A stretch of DNA of 64,000 bases, taken from contig JBMOPW010000003.1 in NCBI GenBank assembly GCA_049322915.1, positions 32,001 to 96,000 on the forward strand, written 5' to 3'. The notes under the pieces are model-generated. The model ran no database searches. It was not told the DNA's origin and saw nothing but the letters and a program-made list of their open reading frames with translations. This document shows, piece by piece, positions 40,855 through 52,403 of the stretch. The stretch's first letter is position 1. Every line of letters begins with the position of its first letter. The stretch is from Candidatus Zhuqueibacterota bacterium (GTDB lineage Bacteria > Zhuqueibacterota > Zhuqueibacteria > Thermofontimicrobiales > Thermofontimicrobiaceae). A program made the position numbers and the translations under genes.

Positions 40855-42219
40855 TTACTCTAATTTCGCAATGACATTTTCCAGCGTGGTTGTCGTCTGC
40901 TCCCCTGAAATCATGTTTTTCAGCATGACCTCATTTCTCGCCACTTCATCCGGCCCGAGAATGATGACGTAAGGGATTCCCTTTTTATCCGCATATTTGA
41001 ACTGCTTTTTCAGTCCGCCGGTCTCGAAAAAAACTTCAGTATTGATGCCTGCGTCGCGCAGCCGCCGGGTAATTTGCAGGCTCAGCTTTTTCGTGTCCTC
41101 GTCGAACATGGTCACCAAAACCTGGGTGGTCGTTTTGGTCTCCGGCAGCATATTCAGCTCGGTCATCACGTCTATGATGCGCTCGATGCCGATGGTGGTT
41201 CCTGTGGCCGGGATATTCCTTCCCAAAAACATGCCGACCAGTTCGTCGTACCGGCCGCCGCCGGTGAGACTGCCAATTTTTGGCCTTTCCACCACGGATT
41301 CGTAGATCGGGCCGGTGTAATAATTCAGCCCGCGCGCCAGGTACAGATCCAGCGTGTAATTATCTTCGGACACGCCCAGATCGTGAATGAGCGGAATCAA
41401 CTCTTCGAGTTCCAGAACGCCGGCCATGCCGATCTCCGAAACTTGCAGCAATTGGGTGATGTCGGAGAGAATCGTGTCCATTTCCCCGCTAATTTCCAAT
41501 ATGGGCAAAATCTTATCGATGCTCGGCTGAGGGATTTCCCGTTTCACAAGCTCTTCTTTCACACCATCCAGCCCGATTTTCTCCAGCTTGTCGATGGCGA
41601 TGCACACCTCCGTTCCCCGATCTGCCTGGACCCCGGCATATTCGACAATGCCGGAAAGGACTTTCCGATTGTTGATCCGGATTTTAAATTGCTCAAAGCC
41701 CAATGTCGACAGGATTTCATTGATGAGCGAAATGATCTCCGCATCGGCCATCATGGATGCGCTGCCTACGGTGTCGGCGTCGCACTGAAAGAATTCCCGG
41801 TAGCGGCCTTTTTGCGGTCGCTCGGCGCGCCATACCGGCTGGATCTGGTAGCGCTTGAACGGCAGGGTGATTTCGTTCTGATACATGGCAATGACGCGGC
41901 TGAGAGGCACAGTCAAATCGTAGCGCAGCGCATAATCGACGATGTCTTTGTAATCCCGAAATGTGAACTCGCTGATCTCCCGACCCACCTTCTCAATGTC
42001 CGTGCCCCGTTTCAGAATTTTGAAAATGAGTTGGTCGCCTTCATCGCCGTATTTGCCGGACAGAACCTCCAATTTCTCAATCGCCGGCGTTTCCAGCGGT
42101 TCATAGCCATGCTTCTCGAAAACGCGCTGAATGGTCTCCATCACCAATCTCCGCTTCAGCATTTTCTCCGGCAAAATATCGCGCATGCCTCTCGGCGTGC
42201 TCGGTTTGATAATTTCCAT
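40855..42219 (-). CDS. hisS: Histidine--tRNA ligase
   Basis: PRGMRD, LRYDLTVP, RAERPQKGRYREFFQCD, RGLNYYTG and GGGRYD motifs. The start could instead be the GTG at 42234. Confidence 0.96.
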   Translation of the reverse strand: MEIIKPSTPRGMRDILPEKMLKRRLVMETIQRVFEKHGYEPLETPAIEKLEVLSGKYGDEGDQLIFKILKRGTDIEKVGREISEFTFRDYKDIVDYALRYDLTVPLSRVIAMYQNEITLPFKRYQIQPVWRAERPQKGRYREFFQCDADTVGSASMMADAEIISLINEILSTLGFEQFKIRINNRKVLSGIVEYAGVQADRGTEVCIAIDKLEKIGLDGVKEELVKREIPQPSIDKILPILEISGEMDTILSDITQLLQVSEIGMAGVLELEELIPLIHDLGVSEDNYTLDLYLARGLNYYTGPIYESVVERPKIGSLTGGGRYDELVGMFLGRNIPATGTTIGIERIIDVMTELNMLPETKTTTQVLVTMFDEDTKKLSLQITRRLRDAGINTEVFFETGGLKKQFKYADKKGIPYVIILGPDEVARNEVMLKNMISGEQTTTTLENVIAKLE

Positions 42220-42679
42220 ACCTGATGTCTCCACAGTTGATTTTCAATCGCGAAAAAACCCCATCATCCACTGACAACAGGGTGTGGCGCTGCGTTTTTC
42301 AGCCAACACCGTGACTCATGACTGCGTCCCATCGACTCGGGCGTCTCCATAATTCCGCCCATCAATCGGTTTTTTTGCTGGTTAAAGTAAATATTTTTTT
42401 CTTATGATGCAAGAGATTTTTCCGGCAGGTTCCCCTTCTTTCAAAACCATGTTGCGGGAACATCAGCGCGCCGTCAGTGAAGCGCCCGTTGTCCCGGCTG
42501 CTGACCGGACATTCACCCGATACCTTCGGAAAAGTTATCAGGAATTTCATCTTCTCACAAATCCGGTCTTGCTTTTTTCAAGAAAATTATTATCTTATTT
42601 GGTGCGTTTTTCAAATGCGCAATCCCGAAGCTCCGTACGAGCTGCGAAGATAGTCACCCTCAATCCAGGGAGCTATTCC

Positions 42680-43402
42680 ATGAGAGCAACTATCCTTTTC
42701 CTGACGGTCGCCATCTTGCTGGCCGGTGCTCTGTCAACTTCGAACGGACAGGAAGCAGGGGAGATGAAGCGATCGGACTATGGCGTCTTCAGCTTCTGGC
42801 AGAGCGTGACGCTGCCCGGCGCGCCGGGGATCATCTACGATGCCATCACCGGGGATATCAGCGGATGGTGGGATCACACCTTCTCCGGAAAGCCGGCGCG
42901 TTTTTTCATCGAGCCCAAACCCGGCGGCGGCTTCTATCCTGAATTATTCATGAACTTGCTCAGAATTTGAGTCAACATTCAGATTTTCAATTAGCTAAAA
43001 GCTAAGCTATTTTGAAACTAAGTTTTTGTACGTTTATTCTAAAAAGAGCACCATTCAGGTTAGCCAGCCTCCTTTAAAAATACTATGAATAATGCAGGCT
43101 ATGAAATTTTTGATGAAAGCGGCGATGGCGTGTTACACGCCACGGTCATTTATGCCCAGCGCGGCAAACTGCTGCGGTTCGAGGGCCCGCTCGGCCTTTC
43201 CGGCAGAGCCGTGACGCTCGTGTGCAGCTATTCTTTCGCTGCGGTCGGCGCCGATTCCACAAAACTGATATTGGACGTCCATATAGCCGGTGAAATCGAT
43301 GCCGCCACAGCGCAGATCGTGAAAAGCGTCTGGCATCATTTCATCATCGAACAATTTAAACCCTACATCGAATTGGGCAAGCACCTGAAGAAAAAGGACT
43401 GA
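42680..43402 (+). pseudogene. Exported SRPBCC/AHSA1-like protein interrupted by a MITE
   Basis: Removing 42938-43102 rejoins ...EPKPGGGFY|EIFDESGDG... into one 185-aa ORF with a signal peptide. Confidence 0.8.
42938..43098. mobile_element. 161-bp MITE, copy 1
   Basis: Terminal repeats cctgaattattcat and atgaataatgcagg (13/14); CTAT duplicated at 42934-42937 and 43099-43102. Confidence 0.9.
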
Positions 43403-43405
43403 GTC

Positions 43406-46099
43406 ATGGTAAAGAAGCAGGTTCATGTCATCTCCCACACCCATTGGGATCGCGAATGGTACATGACGTTTCAGCAGTATCGTCTGAAACTGGTCGACCT
43501 CATCGACACCCTCCTCGATCTGCTGGAGAAAAATTCCGACTATCGCTATTTTCATCTGGACGGTCAGACGGTTGTGCTGGACGATTATTTTGAAATTCGG
43601 CCGGAGAACAGGCCGCGACTGGAAAGCCTTGTGCGGCAGGGGCGCGTTTTAATCGGTCCCTGGTATGTCCTGTGCGACGAATTCCTGGTCAGCGGCGAAT
43701 CCATTGTTCGTAATTTGCTATTGGGACATGCCATGGCCGGCGCCCTGGGAAAGGTCATGAAAGTCGGGTATGTCATCGATGCCTTCGGGCATATTTCGCA
43801 GATGCCCCAGATTTTTGCCAACTTCGAAATCGACAATGCCATCATGTGGCGCGGCGTGGGCGGCCCGGATTTCAAATCTGAATTTTACTGGCGTTCCCCG
43901 GATGGCTCCACTGTCCTCACTTACAAGGTGCAGGATGTGGGCGGCTATTGTTACGGCGTGTTTCTACCTTCAGAACCGGAGGCGTTGCAGCAGCGACTTG
44001 CCGCCATTTTGCAGGAGCGGCAGCGCCACGCCACCACCGACCATCTCGTGGTGATGAACGGCTGCGACCATATCGAACCCCAGCCCAATTTGCCGGCCAT
44101 CATCGAATTGGCCAACCAGATCGAACCGGACGCGAATATTTTTCACAGCACCATTCCGGAGCTGTTCGCCCGCCTGAAAGAGGACGTGAAAGGAATTCCC
44201 ATGTTGAAAGGCGAGCTGCGGGACAATCAGCATGTCAATCTCCTGGCTGGCACGATTTCCTCGCGCATGTATTTGAAAAAAGCGAACAACGACTCCCAGA
44301 CGCTGTTGGAGCGATTTGTCGAGCCGCTCGCCGCAATTGCCTGGACGCTGAGCGGCCGCTATCCTCAGGCGCAAATCTGGCAGTCATGGAAATATCTCAT
44401 GCAAAATCAACCTCACGACGACATCTGCGGTTGCAGCGTGGATGCGGTCCACGAACAGATGCAGACGCGATTTGCCTGGTCCCGGGAAATTGCCCATGAT
44501 CTCATCGACCGCAGTTTCTACACCATTTTTAATACGCCGGATCTGAACGCGCTTGATGCCCGGCAGGCGGATATCATCCTGTTCAACCCGTTAGGCTGGA
44601 AGCGGAGTGAAGTGGTGACCGGCCGCGCAGATTTCCCGGCCGACACGGAAATCTTCTCCATCGCTGTATCGTCTGCCGATGCAGCAACTGTTCCCTGTCA
44701 GGTGGAGAGCATCCGCGTCGTCGAAAAATTGCAGGTCGACCCGCGTTTCGGGCCGATGTCGGTGATGGTGAAGCAGGTGACTTTCTCTTTTCTGGCTGAA
44801 AATATTCCATCGTGCGGGTATAAATTGTACCATGTCATTCCGGCGGCGGACCTGGCCGAACCAGCCACGGATCTGGTCGTTGAAAATTTCTCCGCGGAAA
44901 ATACATTCCTCAAAATACGATTCCGCCCGGAGGGGACATTTGATGTGCTCAATAAAACGACGTCCCAGACCTATTCCAATTGCAATCTGTTCGAAGATGG
45001 TGGCGACAGCGGGGATGAGTACACCTATTCGTTTCCGATGAAAGATCGGCTCATTTATGGATTTGAAACACCGCCGCAAATTTCCATCGAGCAGCAGGGG
45101 CCGGTGAAGGCTGTCTTCATGATCAAGGGAAATTTGAAACTGCCGGAGTCGCTCAATCCGGATTTTCAGTCCCGAAGCGATGCAGAAGTTACCTGCCCGG
45201 TCATCAGTCGAGTCGCGATCCATTCCAAAACCCGATACATACAAATTTCCACGGAGATCGATAATCGCGCAAAAGATCACCGGCTGCGGGTCCTGTTTCC
45301 CAGCCAGATTCGCGCGGAATTCTCATTCGCCGGCGGCAACTTCGATGTGATCAGCCGGAAAATTGCGCTGCCGCCCAGGAAGGGGTGGATGGAAGACCCC
45401 ATTCCCACGCATCCATTCCAGCATTTTGTTTCCATCAACGACGCCGGCCGCGGTCTGACCATTGCCAGCCCGGATGTGACGGAGTTCGAGGTGAAGCGGA
45501 CGCCGGAAAGTCCCATAGCCCTCACTCTGTTGCGCTGCGTTGGGTCTCTGGCCAGGTTCGATCTCATGACGCGCAAAGGCCGGGATGGCTGGCGTTTCAA
45601 AACGCCCGGCGGGCAATGCCCCGGCGTCCATCAATTTTCATACGCCATCATTCCCCATGCCGGCAACTGGCTCAGCGACGAAAGCCACACCCTGGCGTTC
45701 AACAACTCCACGCCGATGCTCACGAAACAGATTCGGAAGAAGCCGGAGCAATTGCCGGAGACTGGGGCCTTTCTCACTGTTCAGCCGGCGGAACTGGTGC
45801 TGTCCTGCCTGAAACGCAGCGAACACAACGATGCCATCATCATTCGCATGTACAATATTTCCAACCGGGATGTGGCCGGACGAATACACTTCTTCCAGCG
45901 GATTTCCACCGCGCGAATCGTGACCATGGCCGAAGAGCCGGTGAGCCATGGGGAACTGGTGATTGACAACAACCACACCCTGTCGGTGAATTTCCCGGGA
46001 AACAAAATTTTGACAATTGAGCTGTTCATTGCTGAAACCGAATTGCGCAAGGAAGAGTTTTTCCCGCCCATTCATAAAATTATGGAGATGCAGGGATAG
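43406..46099 (+). CDS. GH38 alpha-mannosidase / mannosylglycerate hydrolase-like protein
   Basis: SHTHWDREWY, LDGQ, DEFLVSGE, DAFGH and HDDICGCS motifs. Confidence 0.9.
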   Translation: MVKKQVHVISHTHWDREWYMTFQQYRLKLVDLIDTLLDLLEKNSDYRYFHLDGQTVVLDDYFEIRPENRPRLESLVRQGRVLIGPWYVLCDEFLVSGESIVRNLLLGHAMAGALGKVMKVGYVIDAFGHISQMPQIFANFEIDNAIMWRGVGGPDFKSEFYWRSPDGSTVLTYKVQDVGGYCYGVFLPSEPEALQQRLAAILQERQRHATTDHLVVMNGCDHIEPQPNLPAIIELANQIEPDANIFHSTIPELFARLKEDVKGIPMLKGELRDNQHVNLLAGTISSRMYLKKANNDSQTLLERFVEPLAAIAWTLSGRYPQAQIWQSWKYLMQNQPHDDICGCSVDAVHEQMQTRFAWSREIAHDLIDRSFYTIFNTPDLNALDARQADIILFNPLGWKRSEVVTGRADFPADTEIFSIAVSSADAATVPCQVESIRVVEKLQVDPRFGPMSVMVKQVTFSFLAENIPSCGYKLYHVIPAADLAEPATDLVVENFSAENTFLKIRFRPEGTFDVLNKTTSQTYSNCNLFEDGGDSGDEYTYSFPMKDRLIYGFETPPQISIEQQGPVKAVFMIKGNLKLPESLNPDFQSRSDAEVTCPVISRVAIHSKTRYIQISTEIDNRAKDHRLRVLFPSQIRAEFSFAGGNFDVISRKIALPPRKGWMEDPIPTHPFQHFVSINDAGRGLTIASPDVTEFEVKRTPESPIALTLLRCVGSLARFDLMTRKGRDGWRFKTPGGQCPGVHQFSYAIIPHAGNWLSDESHTLAFNNSTPMLTKQIRKKPEQLPETGAFLTVQPAELVLSCLKRSEHNDAIIIRMYNISNRDVAGRIHFFQRISTARIVTMAEEPVSHGELVIDNNHTLSVNFPGNKILTIELFIAETELRKEEFFPPIHKIMEMQG

Positions 46100-46254
46100 C
46101 TCCGCGTTTTGACCTGTTGAACCGGTGATCCGTATCGTGTCTGTGGCTGTTTTGGCCTGATTTTTTAATCTCAAATAAAGCAATAGAAATTTGAAGAATT
46201 ACCACCAGGACTCGAAGTCGCTACGTATCACTAATGAAAACAGAAGCTGTTTAG

Positions 46255-46415
46255 CCTGAATTATTCATGAATTCTCCAATAGGCCAACTTAACATTATGT
46301 TTTCATAATGTGTGAATGTATATGCAAAATCAAACTCAGTTTTATATTCAAATTTTAAATTTATGCACCATTCAGGTTATCCCGCTTCCTTTAAAAATAC
46401 AATGAATAATGCGGG
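46255..46415. mobile_element. 161-bp MITE, copy 2
   Basis: cctgaattattcatgaa...caccattcagg...tcctttaaaaatac.atgaataatgcggg; TTAG duplicated at 46251-46254 and 46416-46419. Confidence 0.88.
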
Positions 46416-46556
46416 TTAGAAATTTTTAGACAAAAAAATGAAAAAGTTTTCTCATAAAGTTGATAATAACATTTTGTAAATTCATTCTTTGAGTCTTAGC
46501 GCCTTTGTGGCTATTGCATTATCCGGGTTGATAACCTATTCATCCGAAAAGCGACC

Positions 46557-47534
<978 letters not shown>

Positions 47535-47746
47535 ACGATTGGTTGGGCCGATTCCTGACCTGATCTTTCACCACCTTTTCTCCTGTCGATGGACGCTGAA
47601 ATGCTGCGCGTTCGCGGAAATCAGCTCCGCCACAGCATCGCCGGCCCAAGATATTCGCGCGTTGTGAGGACTAAAATTTGAACAGGAACCGATAACTAAA
47701 ACGCCCTGGTTTGGGAGTAATGTTAAATGAAAAAGATGAACGTGTT

Positions 47747-48541
47747 ATGACCGAAAAACAAACTGCAATTCATGCAGCGACCGAAGCTGCAAAGTACTTC
47801 AAACAACATCTGGGCAAGATTTCCAGCCTGGATATTTCGAATAAAAGCCCCTTTGATTTCGTGACTGAGATCGACAAGCAGTGCGAGCAACGCATCATCG
47901 AAATCATTTCGCGGGAATTTCCGGAGCATGAAATTCTTGCAGAAGAGACCGGCGCGTCCGTCCAGAAAAATTCGCATCGGTGGATTATCGATCCGCTGGA
48001 TGGCACGACCAATTTCATTCACGGCTTGCCCCACAGCGCGGTGTCCATTGCTCATGAAATTGACGGCAGCGTCGTGCTGGGCGTTGTCTACGATCCCTAT
48101 CGGGATGAGCTTTTTTTTGCAGAAAAAGGCTGTGGCGCGTATTGTAACAATGCTCGTCTGCACGTATCTGCCCGGAATGATTTAACTCAATGTCTCATTG
48201 CCACTGGCTTTCCATTTCGCAACAAACATCTGCTGACAAGCTACTGGGAGGCGCTATCGAAAATTTTCCTCGCAGTCAGCGGCATCCGCCGGACCGGTTC
48301 GGCGACGCTGGATTTAGCCTATGTCGCCTTTGGCCGATTCGATGGATTCTGGGAATTGAGGCTGAGCCCGTGGGATATCGCTGCCGGCCATCTCATCATC
48401 AAAGAGGCGGGAGGGATGATCAGCGATTTTAACGGGGATCAAAATCACATCCGCGAAGGAAATGTGGTGGCGGGCAATGCATGCGCCCATGCATTCATCC
48501 TTGAGACGGTGCAATCCGTATTTGGCGACAGCCGAATTTAG
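47747..48541 (+). CDS. suhB: Inositol monophosphatase family protein
   Basis: WIIDPLDGTTNF and WDIAAG motifs. The start could be 47720. Confidence 0.88.
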   Translation: MTEKQTAIHAATEAAKYFKQHLGKISSLDISNKSPFDFVTEIDKQCEQRIIEIISREFPEHEILAEETGASVQKNSHRWIIDPLDGTTNFIHGLPHSAVSIAHEIDGSVVLGVVYDPYRDELFFAEKGCGAYCNNARLHVSARNDLTQCLIATGFPFRNKHLLTSYWEALSKIFLAVSGIRRTGSATLDLAYVAFGRFDGFWELRLSPWDIAAGHLIIKEAGGMISDFNGDQNHIREGNVVAGNACAHAFILETVQSVFGDSRI

Positions 48542-48580
48542 TGACAAAATGCTCGGGACCTGAACCAATGCAGATTATTC

Positions 48581-49948
48581 ATGCGTGAAAAACCAATTCT
48601 TCTGATTATCGATGACGACTCTGTGTCGCTACGCTTTTTCTCTGATCTCTTCACGGCCTCCGGTTACGATGTGTTGTCAGCCGATTCCGGTGAAAAAGGG
48701 CTGAATCTGTTTCGCGAGAGAACGATCGATGTCATCATTCTCGATCTGAACATACTGGATTATCACGGTCTTGACGTCGTCGATTCAATCCTGCAGTTGA
48801 ACCCGAGGCAGCCGATCATCATCATTGCCGGACATGGCGCCATTGAAAATGTCGTCCAGGCGACCAAATCCGGGGTTTTTGATTTATTGGAAAAACCGGT
48901 GGAGCCGGAGCGGATTTTATTGTCTATAAAAAACGCAATTGAAAAGACGCGGCTGCTGCACGAGCGGAATCAGCTCATCCGACAGCCGGAGAGACGCTAC
49001 AAAATGGTGGGCGTCAGCGCGGCCATGCAGCACATTTTTCAGATCATCGACAGAGTTGCGCCCACGGATACCAGGGTCCTGATCTCCGGCGAGAGTGGGA
49101 CAGGCAAGGATCTGGTGGCGCAGGCCATTCACCTGAACAGCCTCCGCGCCGATAAAAATTTTCAGCCTGTGAATTGCGCATCGATACCGAATGAACTGGT
49201 CGAGAGCGAGTTATTCGGGCACACAAAAGGCTCGTTCACCGACGCCCGGAATGAAAAAATGGGCACCTTTCAGTTAGCTGATAAAGGCACCCTGTTCCTG
49301 GATGAAATCGGTGATTTGAGCCTCATGGCCCAGGCAAAGGTGCTGCGGGCGATCGAACACGGTGAATTCTCCCCAATCGGCGGCACTTCAACCATCATTG
49401 TGGACGTACGAATTATCTGCGCTACCAATAAAAATCTCGATGACATGATCAAGGCGCATTCGTTCCGGGACGATCTTTTCCATCGGATCAACGGCATGGC
49501 CATTCACATCCCTCCGTTACGAGAACGGCGGGAGGATATCGCTCCGCTTTGCGCTCACTTTTTGGACCAGATTTTGAAAAAAAACAATCTGCCGCCGAAG
49601 CGCTTCACGCATGATGCTATCGAACTGATCAGCGACCAGCCGTGGAACGGTAATGTCCGGCAATTGAGAAATTTCATGGAGCAGATTTGCGTGCTGTCCG
49701 ACGCCGAAGTGATCACAGCCCAGATAGTTGCGAAACTGCTGAATATAAAAAATCTCTATTCCGAGACTATGGAAATAGAAAATTTTCAGGAAGCCCGGGC
49801 GAATTTTGAAAAAAATTATCTGCTCAAAAATTTGATAAAATTCAATTGGAATGTGACGGTAACAGCGGAGAAAATCGGGCTGGAACGGACATCGTTGCAT
49901 CGAAAAATGAGACGATACGGGATAAACGATCGAGGCGAATCCCGCTGA
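48581..49948 (+). CDS. NtrC-family response regulator (REC, AAA+, Fis HTH)
   Basis: GESGTGKD, ELFGHTKGSFTDA, LFLDEIG, WNGNVRQL and a C-terminal HTH. Confidence 0.9.
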   Translation: MREKPILLIIDDDSVSLRFFSDLFTASGYDVLSADSGEKGLNLFRERTIDVIILDLNILDYHGLDVVDSILQLNPRQPIIIIAGHGAIENVVQATKSGVFDLLEKPVEPERILLSIKNAIEKTRLLHERNQLIRQPERRYKMVGVSAAMQHIFQIIDRVAPTDTRVLISGESGTGKDLVAQAIHLNSLRADKNFQPVNCASIPNELVESELFGHTKGSFTDARNEKMGTFQLADKGTLFLDEIGDLSLMAQAKVLRAIEHGEFSPIGGTSTIIVDVRIICATNKNLDDMIKAHSFRDDLFHRINGMAIHIPPLRERREDIAPLCAHFLDQILKKNNLPPKRFTHDAIELISDQPWNGNVRQLRNFMEQICVLSDAEVITAQIVAKLLNIKNLYSETMEIENFQEARANFEKNYLLKNLIKFNWNVTVTAEKIGLERTSLHRKMRRYGINDRGESR

Positions 49949-50070
49949 GCATTGTCCAGCCGAAACGCCTTCCCTGATCCGATGAAGCAATTTTACGAAT
50001 GCCCGGCGCAGGCGCACGAGAACTGCCCAAATGGGATGATTTTCATTTATCACAAATCAAGGAGTGACCC

Positions 50071-51342
50071 ATGAATCGATTAGCCACAATCGAGCACACC
50101 TATCAAATCGCAAAAGAACTCTATGCCGAAAATGGCGTTGATACCGACGCTGCTCTGGACAAACTCAATCGCATCGCCATTTCGCTGCATTGCTGGCAGA
50201 CCGATGATGTCGTTGGACTGGAATCGCCCGAAGCGCAATTGACCGGCGGCGGCATTCAGGTGACCGGGAACTATCCCGGCAAGGCCAGAAATATCGACGA
50301 AATACGGATGGATCTGAAAAAAGTAGTGTCGCTGCTCCCCGGGACATTTCGGTTGAACCTCCATGCGATCTATGGTGAATTCGGCGGGAAGAGAGTCGAC
50401 CGCGACGCCGTTGTGCCGGAGCACTTTCAGGGGTGGATCGATTGGGCGCGGCAGAATGACTTCAAACTGGATTTTAACGCCTCCTGTTTTTCTCATCCGA
50501 AATCGAATGATGGCTTCACATTGAGCAGCAAAAATGACGCATACCGGCGATTCTGGATTGAGCATGTGAAACACTGCCGCGAAATCAGCGCGGTGATGGG
50601 CCGCCAGCAGAACTCACCGTGCGTCCATAACCTGTGGATCCCCGACGGCTCCAAAGACAACACTGTGGATCGTTGGACGCATCGGAGCCTGTTGAAAGAA
50701 TCGCTGGATGATATCTTCGAAACGCGCTACATGCCGACCGAAATGAAAGACTCGCTGGAGAGCAAATTGTTCGGCATTGGCAGCGAGTCCTTCGTGGTCG
50801 GCTCATTTGATTTTTACCTGGGATACGCCATGTCCCGCGGTCACATGATGTGTCTGGACATGGGGCACTTTCATCCTACTGAATCCATCGGCGATAAAAT
50901 TTCCTCGATTATGCAATTCTCGGACGAGATGCTTTTCCATGTCAGCCGCGGCGTGCGCTGGGATAGCGATCATGTCCCGACGCTCTCCGATGAGCTGCGC
51001 TGCGTTGCCGAAGAAATTGTGCGGGCCGATGTGCTGCATCGGGTTAACTTTGCGACTGACTTTTTCGATGGGAGCATCAATCGGATCGGCGCGTATGTCA
51101 CCGGCGTGCGGTCGTTGCTCAAAGCGCTGCTCATCGCCCTGCTGGAGCCGCGAGCCGCTCTGCTGACCGCAGAAAATAATCAGAACCATTTTGTCCGGCT
51201 GGCTTTGCTGGAAGAAGCGAAGGCATTGCCATTCGGCGCGGTGTGGGATTTTTACTGTCTGAAAAAAGATGTCGCCCCGGGCAATACATGGATCAACGAC
51301 GTGCTTCAGTATGAGAATGAAGTCCTGTCAAAGCGATCCTGA
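50071..51342 (+). CDS. rhaA: L-rhamnose isomerase
   Basis: SLHCWQTDDV, TGNYPGKAR, ESKLFGIGSES, GHFHPTE and HVSRGVRWDSDHV motifs. Confidence 0.93.
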   Translation: MNRLATIEHTYQIAKELYAENGVDTDAALDKLNRIAISLHCWQTDDVVGLESPEAQLTGGGIQVTGNYPGKARNIDEIRMDLKKVVSLLPGTFRLNLHAIYGEFGGKRVDRDAVVPEHFQGWIDWARQNDFKLDFNASCFSHPKSNDGFTLSSKNDAYRRFWIEHVKHCREISAVMGRQQNSPCVHNLWIPDGSKDNTVDRWTHRSLLKESLDDIFETRYMPTEMKDSLESKLFGIGSESFVVGSFDFYLGYAMSRGHMMCLDMGHFHPTESIGDKISSIMQFSDEMLFHVSRGVRWDSDHVPTLSDELRCVAEEIVRADVLHRVNFATDFFDGSINRIGAYVTGVRSLLKALLIALLEPRAALLTAENNQNHFVRLALLEEAKALPFGAVWDFYCLKKDVAPGNTWINDVLQYENEVLSKRS

Positions 51343-51632
51343 AATTTCAGTCGGACCATTTTGTGATACGAACAGGCTGGCAGAGCCCAACGCGGCGCTG
51401 TGTTCTGTCGGCCACTGTTCATGAAACGCAATACGGCCGGCGCGGTCTGAGCACAATTTTATACGCGCGCGATTGCCCGACTCCATCGCATTTACCGCGC
51501 TCGATTTGCCGTATCGAACTTTCTTTTCCCTCAAACCTGCTGCACTATCAAGTCCGCACTCTGAACAAACGGACAGTTGTATTCCACCATCAGGTTTCGA
51601 CTGAAATGAAATTTAAATTTTTCCAATTTTTG

Positions 51633-51705
51633 TGAAACTTTCAAACTGTGTCGGGCGTAAGAGTAGCATTGTTTTTTCATGAAAGGATATACCGACCGGT
51701 AAGTA
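51633..51705 (+). promoter_or_regulatory. ECF-sigma-like promoter and TetR-type operator
   Basis: TGAAAC-N17-CGTA (51633-51659); imperfect palindrome taccgACCGGTaagta (51690-51705). Confidence 0.45.
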
Positions 51706-51717
51706 AATAAAAATATT

Positions 51718-52317
51718 ATGAGTGATCTGAAAAAAAATTTAAATAGCAATACGCGGAAGAAAATATTCCAGGTCTCGGCCAGGCTATTCGCCGAAAAAGG
51801 ATACAATGGCGTATCCATGCGGGAAATATCCGAGCATTCGGGCGTTACCAAACCCACGATTTATTATTATTTTGAGAATAAAGAGGGAATATACAAAGCC
51901 CTGGTCGAACGAGGTTTATTCGAAGCCGTGCGCGCAATGGAAAAAGTCGATCGGTTGGAAATCCCGGCCAAACAAAAATTGATTGAATTGACCAAATTGC
52001 GGTTTCGCTCGGTTTTAAAACATCCCGAGTTTTCCAAGTTTTTCATGTCGCTGATTTTCACAGTCGAGCAGTTGCCTTTTCTGGAGCGATATACATTTCT
52101 CGTTGAGCAACACAGACAGCGGTTTCTCAACATCATTCAGGATGGCATCAACTCCAATGAGTTCGGCGCAAGCGCCAAACCGGAGCTTGCTGTGGAAATC
52201 ATTGGCGGCGTTATTTTCTACTATGTCATTCAGCAATTGAAGAGCGAAAAAAAAATCCTGACCGATCAACTGGCCGAGGATATCATCGATTTAATTTTCA
52301 AAGGTTTGAACGAATAG
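51718..52317 (+). CDS. TetR/AcrR-family regulator
   Basis: LFAEKGY...GVTKPTIYYYFENKE HTH. Confidence 0.92.
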   Translation: MSDLKKNLNSNTRKKIFQVSARLFAEKGYNGVSMREISEHSGVTKPTIYYYFENKEGIYKALVERGLFEAVRAMEKVDRLEIPAKQKLIELTKLRFRSVLKHPEFSKFFMSLIFTVEQLPFLERYTFLVEQHRQRFLNIIQDGINSNEFGASAKPELAVEIIGGVIFYYVIQQLKSEKKILTDQLAEDIIDLIFKGLNE

Positions 52318-52403
52318 GATCACGAGAAAATCTTGCTCAGTTTTAATTATACTCTTTACAGAACTTATACTCAATGACGAGGATTTTAATAATGGAGGCT
52401 GCG

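Noticed and set aside
41074..42225. 383-aa plus-strand ORF
   Set aside because: Antisense shadow of hisS.
42240..42362. Possible T-box or His attenuator upstream of hisS
   Set aside because: No T-box consensus and no run of His codons is visible. There is only a weak hairpin with a U-tract.
42404..42679. N-terminal extension of ORF 42404..42970
   Set aside because: The ribosome-binding site and signal peptide point to the ATG at 42680. Similar over-extended starts were trimmed at 12913, 17283, 29443 and 31827.
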